A DNA stretch of 64,000 bases, taken from Tetramitus jugosus. Taxonomy: Eukaryota > Protista > Heterolobosea. The stretch covers positions 310,001-374,000 of the forward strand of contig OW569358.1 of assembly GCA_937625935.1 (NCBI GenBank), in the 5' to 3' direction. The position numbers and the translations under genes were made by a program. Shown in pieces: positions 45,501 to 55,131 of this stretch (its first letter is position 1; each line of letters starts with the position of its first letter). The notes below the pieces were generated by a model that saw only the letters and a program-made list of their open reading frames with translations, was not told the DNA's origin and did no database searches.

Positions 45501-46157
45501 CATCTTGTAATGCTTATTCTTCAGAGCGACAAGCAATGGAAACTTGTTGTATGCATCCCTCGCGTTAATGTTGGCGCCCTTTGACAGTAAGAATGCCGCC
45601 GAATCTTCGCAATTGTGCGCTACGGCATACAAGAGCGGTGTCGCAGAAATTGAGTCAGTGTTATCGACGAGGACCTTGTATTGGAAGAGAAGATCCATGC
45701 ATTGGACCTTGTTTCTCTGTGCACACAAGTGCATGAGCGAGCAATTACTCGATGACTTGTCAATAATCTTGCCCAAAAGAGCTTTCTGAATGTGCTCCGA
45801 TGTCAAGAAAGCAACATTATTTCTCTCTGCATTCTCCCTTAAAACGGTTTGCATCAATTGCAATGAAATGACATCACTGCCATTCTTGCACACAAAAATC
45901 ATTTGTTCCTCCAGTGAACCCTTTGATTGTAGCTCTTTGGACAGTTCGTCCAACGACTGAGCATCCTCAATAAACTGTAGTGCACTGTCCAGTGGTGTGC
46001 TGTGTCTCTGAACGAGCTTTGGTTGAATCTTTTGTTGAATTCCGTGTGTCCAATCGCGAACTACCGCATGGAATGGTCTTCGCTTGGAATTGGTGGATGG
46101 CACAATGCCATTGGACGATTGTGTTGTCGTCTTTTCTATTGAGTTGTCAACAACCAT
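42558..46157 (-). CDS. Ankyrin repeats-TM-Cache-TM-HAMP-class III nucleotide cyclase-like receptor (degenerate active site)
   Basis: Ankyrin TPLL/TCLH/TPLI/TALY repeats. Two TMs flank a Cache-like ectodomain (PVWTPSY, GFCASDI). HAMP-like RPLENL..EIKSLQ, then cyclase fold GISSGTVYFGNIG..FTVLG. Confidence 0.85.
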   Translation of the reverse strand: MVVDNSIEKTTTQSSNGIVPSTNSKRRPFHAVVRDWTHGIQQKIQPKLVQRHSTPLDSALQFIEDAQSLDELSKELQSKGSLEEQMIFVCKNGSDVISLQLMQTVLRENAERNNVAFLTSEHIQKALLGKIIDKSSSNCSLMHLCAQRNKVQCMDLLFQYKVLVDNTDSISATPLLYAVAHNCEDSAAFLLSKGANINARDAYNKFPLLVALKNKHYKMAELLSDFRGIDVHLRGTKGNTCLHIEAEEGDLIAVKFLIEKMGASPMRRNHDEENILQCSMAHLDIVQYLSSHFANRGLSKMMTGKNTFGRNIFHKCANDGHFEGLLLLLSSLSVGDFSSEQLMSMINEEDKNGDTPLILAVKNSRKDLVRFLCQCSEVKLNTGDNEENTALYYAVSANNTSIITILKSAGASLKADSKDDSPKETRTIWEWIKSLRSLLMLAFALIAALCIITIAAISLGFFSGSIRKSANENRLYSFNNVVTYLSSHVKEHTMAYNTAMAETRGAYFNVSDSDKVLEFTLRSFKANNRTELPLTIDMYCGNSIGGLAGVMPRSGYSTGYTLFTSYADPTRRDRYNFTDLYNATLDNTMIADNKDTIPNDDVYGYLYQSVTGVSVTGLPVWTPSYTSSGAVGFVFITLFQTWRDLSSNFIGFCASDISVTTVGGFLYEESKKQNSVIVVVERKTGFLIGSSIDNYPLYSQNGKDVQRFDGTQEKHMAPMLKYARQNYGGSTLSKVGYTPVLDQYRHRGRTYAISLGGYKDTHGIDWVVLQSVDMRVFFDDLYVSVIIICCCLVGLLVLALIISIISASLFMRPLENLVLQAEAIKMLQLEQVESSLEKGMSVFTEIKSLQNSFYSMSQRLRQFRQFIPDHILAVIETEVINKAIYIQEQKNQKGDVNSGSHLEKSHSVSDTRGTSTSTQMNNRGMVSNALTSGLMSGSVSILTIKFPNIISLLELYSAADIAETTKDMMNTLKEYLKESNGQLVTLNSSGALIVWNSFISQPDHRHRACRTARNCADAMLKLHKTWGEKGLPLLKTHLGISSGTVYFGNIGTDATKFFTVLGQPVLRSERLSESNARWGTQVICSEDIEDKVKEEFYFRPLGKTEDGIGIYELGDSKNPDEWVSELQQTGHKWQSFCEAYTYFNKNLYDDAYLLFASYLDKHPEDVVAQKFVDECRSLVLPSSSPPREESGAISLDTTK

Positions 46158-46541
46158 GGTGTGGTGGTGGTGTAAGGTGTGGTATGGTGTGGTATGGGGG
46201 TAACGACAGAGTGTCTTGTATTGAAGTGGTGTTTTGTTTCTTTAGCTTTAAGAGTCGTGAAACAATTCTTCTTGAAGAGTGTGTTATCTGGTTTTCGAGC
46301 GATATTGTGTTTCTGTTTTGGAGTAGTATGTTGACACGAGATGATTGATAGAACTAGATTGTTGGAGAGTGTGTGGGCGTGGTCTATTGATTAGTCAAAC
46401 GACAAGAGCTCAAATGTCAAACGATTGGCACATATCGGGATGCGATCCTCGGTTAGGAAAGATGGACAACTGATTTACCAAAAGAGTGTGACAACCGAAG
46501 TCACCAAAATACTCATAATTGCCAATTTTATTCAAAAACTC

Positions 46542-49500
46542 TCAAATTGAAATTGTACACACGGAAATATTCGATTGATTGTTAGCCAAACGAACAGTGA
46601 CAACCTCAGATTTTTCGTCCGGTCTCATATAGTTGGTGAAGAAGGTGCAAAGTATGGTGGTGCCTCCTGTCAAAGACTGTTGATGGTTTGCAAAGTAGGT
46701 TGCAGACACCTCGTAATTTCCTGCGGGCGATTTGCGAAGCATGTACTCTTCAGGACCGTAGCCTTGTCGGAAATCACGACTGACATAACCACCAATTTTG
46801 GTTCTGGGATAACCAAAGTAGCAGTGTTCACCATTGGAGGTGTTTTCTTGAACGTGCAAGTCGATATCTACATCATTGACATCCCACGCCATGCTAATTC
46901 TCAAATCAAGATCCATCTTGTATCTGAAATCTTCGTGACATGGTTTCAAATCAGGGCACTTTTGTAAACAGTGATTCAATTCAATGGCGGCTGTCTGTTC
47001 AATTTCATCAAATCTCATATCCCATTGGCCTGTAATCACCTTGTTGAACAACTCTACAGCTTCTTCAAATTTGCCCAGCTTTTCCTTAATCAGTGCAAGG
47101 TCACGGAAACTTTGAGGCTCATCTGGCCTCATCTTCTTCACCTTCTCGAATACAATTTCAGCCAACTCGTATTGCTTGGCCTGGTCCAATCTATAACCAA
47201 CAATTCTGAACAATTGGGGATTCTCCAACTCGAGTTCCAAAATGTTGGTCAAGATGGATACACCCTCTTCCAACTGGTCAGACTTGGTCAACCAATAATC
47301 AGCAACGTCCAAGAAGAATGCTGGTGATGAGCGATAATTCTGTCTCTCATTCATGTATGCTTCATAAGGATTGGCTGAACTACGGATAGTAGTCATGTAA
47401 GTGGCATCAGACCTCCACTCTTGGACATTAATCTTGGCAGCAACGGACGGAGCAGATTGTCTTGAAGACTCTTTCTTGTCACTCTTGGACATTCGTTCAC
47501 TTCTCTCCTCGCTCACTTCTTTGCACTCTTCTTCACACTCTCCTCCAAAATCACAGTCTTCCTCCTCACACTCGTCAAAGCATCCATCATCGTCATCACA
47601 TGCCATTGATTCGCAACAAGCCATGAGGTCCAAAGATGCGCATTCCATGTTCAACTCCATTGGTGGTAGAGCTCTAGACATTGAAGGGGCAGCACAAGCC
47701 ATTGGAGGAGGAGGACAGAAGGTATCACTCATACTCATTGATGGAGCTGGAGCAAGGAAGTCTAATTGTTGCTGTTGCTGTTGTTGTTGAATTGAGTTGT
47801 TGTTGTTGTTGTTGTTGAAGAAAACGTTAGGAACACTCTTCACTTCTTCAATGACAAAAGACCGTTGATGCCATTGTTTTCTTTCCTCCCATTTTCTCAG
47901 AACGTTGGTGATCTTGGCACGAACTCTTTCTTGTTCCTCTTGTTCTGTGCTGTTCAAAGAAGCGAGATAATCCTTTCTTAAGGTGGCTAGAGATGCAGGA
48001 GGCATAATCTTGTGCTTGAGGTACTGATCCAAGCTCTCCAAAACAATCAAAGACGTGGTAGGGGTAACAATGGACCAATCTCTACCCAGTTGCTTCAACT
48101 CCTCCTCGAACAAGTGAGGGAACACTGACAACGAGTTCAGCTTTTGCTTTGCCCAAAGAAATGGAACAATTCTCTCACTAATCTCAACTTTCTCACTTGG
48201 AGCTTCAATTTGGAGAACTCGGGTCTCGACGATATCAACACCATATCTGAAACTGACTGCCATCTCTCCACCTTCTTTAATCTTACCATAGAGATGGAAG
48301 TAACCATTTTGATCTAAAATTGTTGGCTCATTTGGATAAACCTCTTCAAATTGCTCAGATTCATAATCAGCAACAAGGAAATAGAGAACAGGTTTTCCAA
48401 CCTGGTCAATTACTTGATCGTCTGCCATCTTGACAGAGTTCAAGAATAAGCCACCACTCTTGGTAGCGATATGTGACAACAAATGACTGTTTGATGTCAC
48501 AGAAGTTGAAATAATGTACAACGGAATGGAGTAAATAGTCTCGGGCAAGGCTTCTTGTCCCAATGTGTGAAGACCATCAGTAAACACAATGCAGTATGTA
48601 GCAGATTCGTCCAATCCCTGTTCAAGAACAGCAATATTTGTTGCACCATCATAGTCAATCTTGTTGACATGACTCACAACAGATGCCACATTGTCGAACG
48701 TTGCTTCATGCTTCTTCACTACACCATTGCTAAATGGAGTAAAAATGATCTTCTTTGGACTAATCTTGTTCAAAATCTTGCTCAACAGCTCAACATCTCT
48801 TGCAGTCTTACCGTCACGACTGAAGGAACAGTCCCACAAGATTTGGATTGTTTCAGCAGCAATTCTGTCCTTTTTCTGTGGCTTTTGAATCTTGAATCTG
48901 GAGCAGAAGTAGTTGTCTTCTACAATAGTTGTGTTGTCTTCCAAGACTTGAGCACTCTGAATGACGAGCATTTGAACTGATGAGTTCAAATCAGTTTGAT
49001 TCACTTCAGCAACTTGATAACCATTCTGAGTGATGACAGGCTTTGATAGCTTTTGATCATTCAAAAACAGTGTCAATTCATGAGAAGGAGATGAGTGCCA
49101 TTCAACCTTTGCCTCCACAACTACAGATGAGCTATCCACACCAGGTGGCAAACCAAATGGCAAATGAACAATTGATTTCTTGTCTTTCGTGGTGCCAACT
49201 GGCATAGTGTACACAACCTTAATGGTTCTTGTTTGATTGGCATGCAATGGATAGATTCTCGTCTTGAATGAATTGGATTGTTCAGACATTTCGACAATGG
49301 CTGCTCCCTTGCCTCTCGATCTGACTTCTTCTTCAAAAACAACCTTTGCCTTCTCCTTGTCAATAGGAACTGCATCAACCAACAATCCATCTACATCGAG
49401 AGCATAACCAGTCAAAGTGGCATCATCAGGCAACGGAAACACAAGTTCTCCCTCAAGTGTACGATCATGATGATTGACAAATGTCAACAATGAAGTCACT

Positions 49501-49715
49501 TTGGCCATTGGCAATGTCACTTGCACAGACACTCTTTGAGATTGCAATTGCAATGGAGTACTGGCCTTGTCAGAGAAGGTAATCACAGGGAAATACGATG
49601 AAGATTGAAGTGCACCAGTGGTGGTGGTCTTGGTGGCTTGAGTAAAGTCATCAGGCACAGTGAAAGAGTCATCAGGAGAGCCCTTGGTCAACAATTTCTT
49701 AATGGAGGATAGCAT
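46542..49715 (-). CDS. VIT plus vWA-like plus TPR plus DUF2135 protein
   Basis: VIT motif LEGELVFPLP..GYALDVDG, ILWDCSFSR/FTDG vWA-like motifs, VTPTTSLIVLE, RPDEPQSFRDLA, and C-terminal DIDLHV...DFRQGYGPEEY. Confidence 0.88.
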   Translation of the reverse strand: MLSSIKKLLTKGSPDDSFTVPDDFTQATKTTTTGALQSSSYFPVITFSDKASTPLQLQSQRVSVQVTLPMAKVTSLLTFVNHHDRTLEGELVFPLPDDATLTGYALDVDGLLVDAVPIDKEKAKVVFEEEVRSRGKGAAIVEMSEQSNSFKTRIYPLHANQTRTIKVVYTMPVGTTKDKKSIVHLPFGLPPGVDSSSVVVEAKVEWHSSPSHELTLFLNDQKLSKPVITQNGYQVAEVNQTDLNSSVQMLVIQSAQVLEDNTTIVEDNYFCSRFKIQKPQKKDRIAAETIQILWDCSFSRDGKTARDVELLSKILNKISPKKIIFTPFSNGVVKKHEATFDNVASVVSHVNKIDYDGATNIAVLEQGLDESATYCIVFTDGLHTLGQEALPETIYSIPLYIISTSVTSNSHLLSHIATKSGGLFLNSVKMADDQVIDQVGKPVLYFLVADYESEQFEEVYPNEPTILDQNGYFHLYGKIKEGGEMAVSFRYGVDIVETRVLQIEAPSEKVEISERIVPFLWAKQKLNSLSVFPHLFEEELKQLGRDWSIVTPTTSLIVLESLDQYLKHKIMPPASLATLRKDYLASLNSTEQEEQERVRAKITNVLRKWEERKQWHQRSFVIEEVKSVPNVFFNNNNNNNSIQQQQQQQQLDFLAPAPSMSMSDTFCPPPPMACAAPSMSRALPPMELNMECASLDLMACCESMACDDDDGCFDECEEEDCDFGGECEEECKEVSEERSERMSKSDKKESSRQSAPSVAAKINVQEWRSDATYMTTIRSSANPYEAYMNERQNYRSSPAFFLDVADYWLTKSDQLEEGVSILTNILELELENPQLFRIVGYRLDQAKQYELAEIVFEKVKKMRPDEPQSFRDLALIKEKLGKFEEAVELFNKVITGQWDMRFDEIEQTAAIELNHCLQKCPDLKPCHEDFRYKMDLDLRISMAWDVNDVDIDLHVQENTSNGEHCYFGYPRTKIGGYVSRDFRQGYGPEEYMLRKSPAGNYEVSATYFANHQQSLTGGTTILCTFFTNYMRPDEKSEVVTVRLANNQSNISVCTISI

Positions 49716-49980
49716 GATTTGTGTGTGGCTCAGTAAAAGAGAAAAGTTAGCGACAGAGGTTAATTCTTTCTTTTGTGTTTGTTGTTGGTTTGAAATTGGA
49801 GCGAAGAGGTGAAACGTGGACTGTTGATATCAGAACTCATGGCGAGCAATGTTCCTCCCTGGAACTGCGGGAGAATATAACTTGTCGGAGGAACACACAA
49901 AAATGGCCATCAAAAAATAATTGTAGTCGCGGTGGTCAATTTGTCAAAAGAAAAATGTGTGGTATTTTACAATGTTGGAC

Positions 49981-52900
49981 TTATTGTTGGTTGGCATTCT
50001 TCGACATTTCCTTAAAGTGAGTGTCTAGATCCACAGAACTCATTCTGAAGCTTCTTCTCTTGGCAAATATTTGACCACTTCGCATATTGGCCTTCAGATC
50101 AGACAAGAGGCCTTCGTTAGGGCCAGGTATCGTCGTGGGTGAGCTACCCTTGACCTTGGTGATCGCTTCTCTCACACTTAGCTTCCTTGGTGGTGAAGCA
50201 GCGGCAGCCAACAAAGATCCAGATCGAGCTGCATCCTTCTTTCTCTTCTCTTCTTCTTTCTTTCTTCTCTCTTCGAGCTGTTGCATGGATGATTGATACA
50301 TCTCGAAGAACGTGTCAACATTAGCAAAGAAGTCCTCTGGCTTGTTCGTCATTGTCATCTTGTCCTCATCGAACAAAGTGGCTAACTCTTCCAGTTGCTT
50401 GGTTAGTGTTTCGAATTTTTCTTCAGCATTTTGAAGGGCTTCAGCAGCCTTTGAATGGAAAGGTTTCATAATCTTCAAGAAGCAATCTTCCGTGTCCAGT
50501 GACGTCACTGCTTCATATTGGGCAATAGTCTTGGCCAACTTTGCTGTTTCTCGCTTCATGTTTGATATGGTATCCTTGATCTGAGAAATACCAATCTTCT
50601 TGGCAATGGACACATCTGGTAAATCGGTGTAGAACTTCAACAATTCAGCATGGTGCTCCTCTATGTACTCAATGATATATTGGAGCAAATTAGAGCTATT
50701 GTCAGTTGTTTTCGTTTCTCTCAACTTGTGAAGAGAACCGAGCTTGAATCCATACGAGTTCTTCTTGCTGCTCTTTGCATTCAAGTAATTACTGATAGCG
50801 AGCACAATTGTCAAGAACTTTGCGAACTTCTTGCTCTCCTTCAACTCTGTTGCAGCGAGACGCAAGCTTTCAATGTTTGGTCTCAAGCTTGCAACATCAT
50901 CATCGAATCTCATTCTAAATCCCCAGGCCTCCAATCTACCCTCCAAGTGCGGAATAGAGGACAAAACTTTGAAGAAACGGTCAGGTGCAGCCAATTCTTC
51001 AATAGAGCCCTCAAAGTTGCACACAGCTTCTGTTTCTTCTTCTGTTGGACAAATTTGTTTCAGGATGTTGATTTGATTCTGTGATAGCTTCTCATTGTTC
51101 ATCTGTATGATGGCTACCTTGATCGTCTCATGAGTCAGTCTCATGGATGCCAACTGGATACCAATGTTGTAAGCTCTCTTGGGATCGATCAAACTGACTT
51201 GAGCAGCAGCAGTCTTTGTTTGAGCAGAGTTTCCTGATGACACTTCGTTGACAACCTTCTTGGCACTAAACATTTGCTCTAATTTCGTAGTGTCCAACTT
51301 GATATCATTCGTGGCCTCTGTAATCTTGCTCTTAACGAAAATGGTGTTGTTGATCTTGTTCTTCGTAATGGATTCGATGTGGAAGTTTCTCAGATCGGCC
51401 TTTGGAACATAGGTAGGAAGCTTTGGAAGATTCATCGCTGCTCCCATTGGTCCTAGACCAGGAGGCATTGGAGGGCCACCCATTCCTGGTGGTGGTGGAG
51501 GACCTCCCATCAGGCCAGGTGGTGGTGGAGGACCGCCCATCATTGGCGGTGGAGGTGGTGGACCTCCCATCATTGGAGGAGGCGGTGGAGGACCGCCTGT
51601 CATTGCTGGTGCTGGTGGAGGACCTACCATTGTAACTGCAGGTGGTAGCGTTGGAGGTGCTGGTGGCCCACCTGAGATGTTGGTCATGGGCGATGGAGGA
51701 GCGACAGGTGGCGGTGTTCCTCCTCCAGTGCTTACAGGAGAATCAACAGATGGTGTGGCGGTGATGACAGGTGCAGCGTTCACTGCGATAGAAACAGCTG
51801 GTTCAGTAGAATCTTGTGGAGCTGTGCTTGTCATAGAACCCCGCTTTGGTGGGGTTGGTAGTGGAGGTCTCGATAGTGGTTGACTAGCAGCAGAGGTAGC
51901 CGAAGCAGCTAATAATTGAGCCTGAGCGGCACTCTCCTTGAGATGGACAACCTTTGACACAACTTCCTTCAATGTATCAAACTCGGACACGTTCACAGGA
52001 GTACCTATATCAATATATTGCATCAGTTTTTGCTTTTCGACCTTTAGTTTCTTCTCCATGTCGAGCATTGCACTCTCGAACGTACGGATCTGAGATCTCA
52101 ATTTTGAGTCCTCCTCTGATAAGTCCTTTATTCTGCCATGTGAATCGGTATTGCTCACCAACGAGTGAACCACAGAGGAAAGAACAGTCCAATTGTCCGT
52201 AGTGATCGATTCGTCCTGCGACGTGTTCGACATACTCAACATGTCATTCAAAATATCAAGCAACACCTTATCGCTGCCCAACTGAGTATGAATCAACTTT
52301 GCTAGACCAGCAGGATCATTCGAATTACCAAAATGAACACTCAACTCGGACTTTAGCTCCGTTTCAAACTCGTTCATCTGCAGCAAGAAATCAGAATCAC
52401 TCACACCCATGTCACTCAACTTTTTCATCGTATCTAGATTGATGAGCTCGGTTTGAATCTCTCTACGCACAGACACATCATCCGCATAGTTCAACATGGT
52501 GTTCAACAGCATCAATCCGTTGAACTTTACATCAAAATTTGAAATTTCACTCAATTGGAGCACCAACAACTCGAATCGATACTTTTCTCTAAAGAGTAAC
52601 TTTGCATGACTGAACGCATCAATCACCAAATTGTAACCTTCGGCATCAAACGACGAAAACAGTGTCAACAGCAACAACAGTGACGATTTCATCTTTGTTC
52701 GCGTCGCAGGTGACGACAACAGTGTACATGTCAACACTCGCATCGCCATTGGTACTTGCAACATTTGCATCACACTGTCCTTTGTGTTCATAATGGATTG
52801 AATGACAATGACAACACCATCCGCAAAATCATTAATCGAATCCAACTGCGCATTCATATCACTGACAGAATTGATGAGACACAGTGCGGAAATCAACTCG

Positions 52901-53460
52901 TGCAACACATCGGACGCCAACAACTCGTTCAACCACTTGACTGGCTGATTTCTCACCAAAACATTCAAATGCATCATTTCATCAGCCAACTGCTTCGCCT
53001 GTGAAACGACACTGTCAATTGTCAGATTGGACAACATTTCTGCATAGTAATCCGGTTGACTCGCTTTTCCACTGAGTGCCTGTCTGCTTCTCTCTGCGTC
53101 CATGACCATTTTCCACTTCATTTGAGGTGTCGTGTACCGATCAATCAAATTTTTTCGTTTTTCCTCGTCTTTGATACCCAATTGTTCAATGGCTGCCAAG
53201 AATTGAGTCTCTACTTCGTCGAGATCATCGGGCATGGGTAAATCAGGTGTTGGAGGTGTTGCTGTTGAGAAATTACTGCTGCTGTTGGACGAAGGAGAAG
53301 AAGCCGAGAGTGGTGATTGAGTGGACATGATGGATGAGCTTCTCTTGCTCTTGTCTTTCGTTTTACCAAACACTTTGTTGATGGTTTTGGAGATGGACGG
53401 CTTTTTGCGTTTTTTGACCGGAGCGTCCACAGCAATGGTTGGATTGTTATTGTCGCTCAT
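49981..53460 (-). CDS. Diaphanous-related formin (GBD/FH3, FH1, FH2, DAD-like)
   Basis: Poly-Pro FH1 repeats. FH2 motifs LIDPKRAYNIGIQL, NYLN and GFKL..L.KL. C-terminal LLSDLK..RRS is DAD-like. Confidence 0.95.
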   Translation of the reverse strand: MSDNNNPTIAVDAPVKKRKKPSISKTINKVFGKTKDKSKRSSSIMSTQSPLSASSPSSNSSSNFSTATPPTPDLPMPDDLDEVETQFLAAIEQLGIKDEEKRKNLIDRYTTPQMKWKMVMDAERSRQALSGKASQPDYYAEMLSNLTIDSVVSQAKQLADEMMHLNVLVRNQPVKWLNELLASDVLHELISALCLINSVSDMNAQLDSINDFADGVVIVIQSIMNTKDSVMQMLQVPMAMRVLTCTLLSSPATRTKMKSSLLLLLTLFSSFDAEGYNLVIDAFSHAKLLFREKYRFELLVLQLSEISNFDVKFNGLMLLNTMLNYADDVSVRREIQTELINLDTMKKLSDMGVSDSDFLLQMNEFETELKSELSVHFGNSNDPAGLAKLIHTQLGSDKVLLDILNDMLSMSNTSQDESITTDNWTVLSSVVHSLVSNTDSHGRIKDLSEEDSKLRSQIRTFESAMLDMEKKLKVEKQKLMQYIDIGTPVNVSEFDTLKEVVSKVVHLKESAAQAQLLAASATSAASQPLSRPPLPTPPKRGSMTSTAPQDSTEPAVSIAVNAAPVITATPSVDSPVSTGGGTPPPVAPPSPMTNISGGPPAPPTLPPAVTMVGPPPAPAMTGGPPPPPPMMGGPPPPPPMMGGPPPPPGLMGGPPPPPGMGGPPMPPGLGPMGAAMNLPKLPTYVPKADLRNFHIESITKNKINNTIFVKSKITEATNDIKLDTTKLEQMFSAKKVVNEVSSGNSAQTKTAAAQVSLIDPKRAYNIGIQLASMRLTHETIKVAIIQMNNEKLSQNQINILKQICPTEEETEAVCNFEGSIEELAAPDRFFKVLSSIPHLEGRLEAWGFRMRFDDDVASLRPNIESLRLAATELKESKKFAKFLTIVLAISNYLNAKSSKKNSYGFKLGSLHKLRETKTTDNSSNLLQYIIEYIEEHHAELLKFYTDLPDVSIAKKIGISQIKDTISNMKRETAKLAKTIAQYEAVTSLDTEDCFLKIMKPFHSKAAEALQNAEEKFETLTKQLEELATLFDEDKMTMTNKPEDFFANVDTFFEMYQSSMQQLEERRKKEEEKRKKDAARSGSLLAAAASPPRKLSVREAITKVKGSSPTTIPGPNEGLLSDLKANMRSGQIFAKRRSFRMSSVDLDTHFKEMSKNANQQ

Positions 53461-53576
53461 TCTTTTTTTTCTGTGTGATTTTGTTTGGTTGGTTTGGTTT
53501 TGTTGAGTTGTTTGTTGTAGTTTTTGTGTTTTTTTTTGTTGTTGTTGTGGTTGTTTTTTGTGCTTCTTGGGAGGAA

Positions 53577-53623
53577 GTGCTGAGGTGGTGTTTGGGTTCA
53601 TCCTCAAGCCACCACCTCAGCAC
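53577..53623. repeat. Perfect 14-bp inverted repeat (hairpin) upstream of formin
   Basis: GTGCTGAGGTGGTG (53577-53590) and CACCACCTCAGCAC (53610-53623). The 19-nt spacer can add further pairs. Confidence 0.9.
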
Positions 53624-53839
53624 AAGGGGATCTTAAAGTTACAGCTCTATCTGGGTGGCACAGCAATGTCATTTGTTCGGCATCCGTACTGCTTCGAATC
53701 TCAACTGACGGCGGTGTCAACTGTCAAATCATTTTGATCCGTCTACGAATGAAGGCATGACCTGCCAAAGAACACAAAAATTAAAATGAAAGAAACATCC
53801 AAACATGATATTTTTAGCACCCCCTCAAAGCTTTTTTTT

Positions 53840-54874
53840 TTATTGATTACTGTACATGTTGGGATTATTGTATCCCGACTGATAACCTTGTTGCTGCTGT
53901 TGTTGTTGATTCTGGTCATGATGGTGTTGATGATGGTGATGACCATGGTGACTATGATGACTATGATGGTGGTGGTGATGATGATAAGGATGGTACATGT
54001 GTTGTTGCAAAGGATGATGCACATGATGATGATGATGTTGAGGAAAGGCACTCATGGACGGAAACATTGTCGGTTGTTGTTGTTGAAACATTTGATTGAT
54101 CATGGACTGGTGTTGTTGCATCATTGTCTGATGAACGTTCATCATTTGTTGTGCCTGCATGTTCATCATTTGATTCATTTGATCAAATATGGTATGTTGT
54201 GGTTGTGGTTGTTGTTGAGTCATAAACATGTTTGGTTGTTGATGTATCATTGTCATACTCATCGGTTGTTGTTGTTGTTGTTGTTGTTGATGTGGTACGA
54301 TAGCATCTTGTGTAGAAGAAGAAGATGTCGGTTGTTGCTGCTGTTGTTGTAACTGTGCAGCAAATGCAGTCAATAATGGTGATGATGATGATGACGATGA
54401 TGATTGAAACACTGTTGTGCGCTGTTGTTGAACTGATTCAACTCCATGATTGGTGGACCGCGTGCTCATTCTTGAGAAAATGACTTGATCTTGACCATTG
54501 TTGCGAATTCGATTAATGGAAACTTGATGAGTCACATCATGATCATCTCTATTGTGATGATCATCACTCTTGTCATCTTCATCCGTAATTTCAATGACAT
54601 CATCAGGTTCTTCAATCAATGGAGCTTTTTGTTGTTGTTGTTGTTGTTGCTTAGTTGATGATGATGATGATAGATAGGTGCCATTGTGTTCTTCTTGAGA
54701 CCCAAAATGTGTGGTCGTGGTGTCATTGGGAACATTGATGTATTCTTGTTCTTGTTGTTCTTGTTGATATTTTGTATTTTTTGAAGCTGCTGTATTTTGT
54801 TGGTTGACAAGCTCTTCTTCTTCTTCTTCGTCTGGTAATTCTTCAATGAGAATTTGTCGTCGGCTGCTGCTCAT
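53840..54874 (-). CDS. Low-complexity Gln/His/Met-rich hypothetical protein
   Basis: ATG after a CAA-rich leader. Repeated LIEEL/LIEEP motifs, poly-Q and poly-H. The stop overlaps AATAAA. Confidence 0.7.
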   Translation of the reverse strand: MSSSRRQILIEELPDEEEEEELVNQQNTAASKNTKYQQEQQEQEYINVPNDTTTTHFGSQEEHNGTYLSSSSSTKQQQQQQQKAPLIEEPDDVIEITDEDDKSDDHHNRDDHDVTHQVSINRIRNNGQDQVIFSRMSTRSTNHGVESVQQQRTTVFQSSSSSSSSPLLTAFAAQLQQQQQQPTSSSSTQDAIVPHQQQQQQQQPMSMTMIHQQPNMFMTQQQPQPQHTIFDQMNQMMNMQAQQMMNVHQTMMQQHQSMINQMFQQQQPTMFPSMSAFPQHHHHHVHHPLQQHMYHPYHHHHHHHSHHSHHGHHHHQHHHDQNQQQQQQQGYQSGYNNPNMYSNQ

Positions 54875-55131
54875 GTTGTTGTTGATGATGATAAAAGTGT
54901 ATGTTTGTTCTAATGATCCAACTGTGGCGTAGATGGAATGCGTGTGATCGTTTGGTTTTTTTGGTTGAACTTGGTTCTGGGAACCTTGAAATAATTTTCA
55001 TCATGGCTGCAGAAGAATGTGCAGGAATAACCAAGCATGCAATCCAGGAAAACAATAAAGTTTTGTTCGTGTGTTTGACTTTTGATGTTTCATGAAGGCT
55101 GATAATTTATAAGTGTTGTTATAGTACGCTT

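Noticed and set aside
51420-51680. Regularly spaced GGTGGTGGAGGACC repeats resembling an array
   Set aside because: They encode the formin FH1 poly-proline units; not CRISPR or a mobile element.
53560-53760. U3 snoRNA or tRNA assignment for the hairpin region
   Set aside because: A GAGGATGA box-like word exists on the minus strand, but the other U3 boxes and a cloverleaf could not be found.
53743-54352. Alternative-frame and antisense ORFs rich in M/V/L/I (also 11021-11530, 4264-4554, 22644-23029)
   Set aside because: By-products of CAA/CAT trinucleotide low-complexity coding on the real strand.
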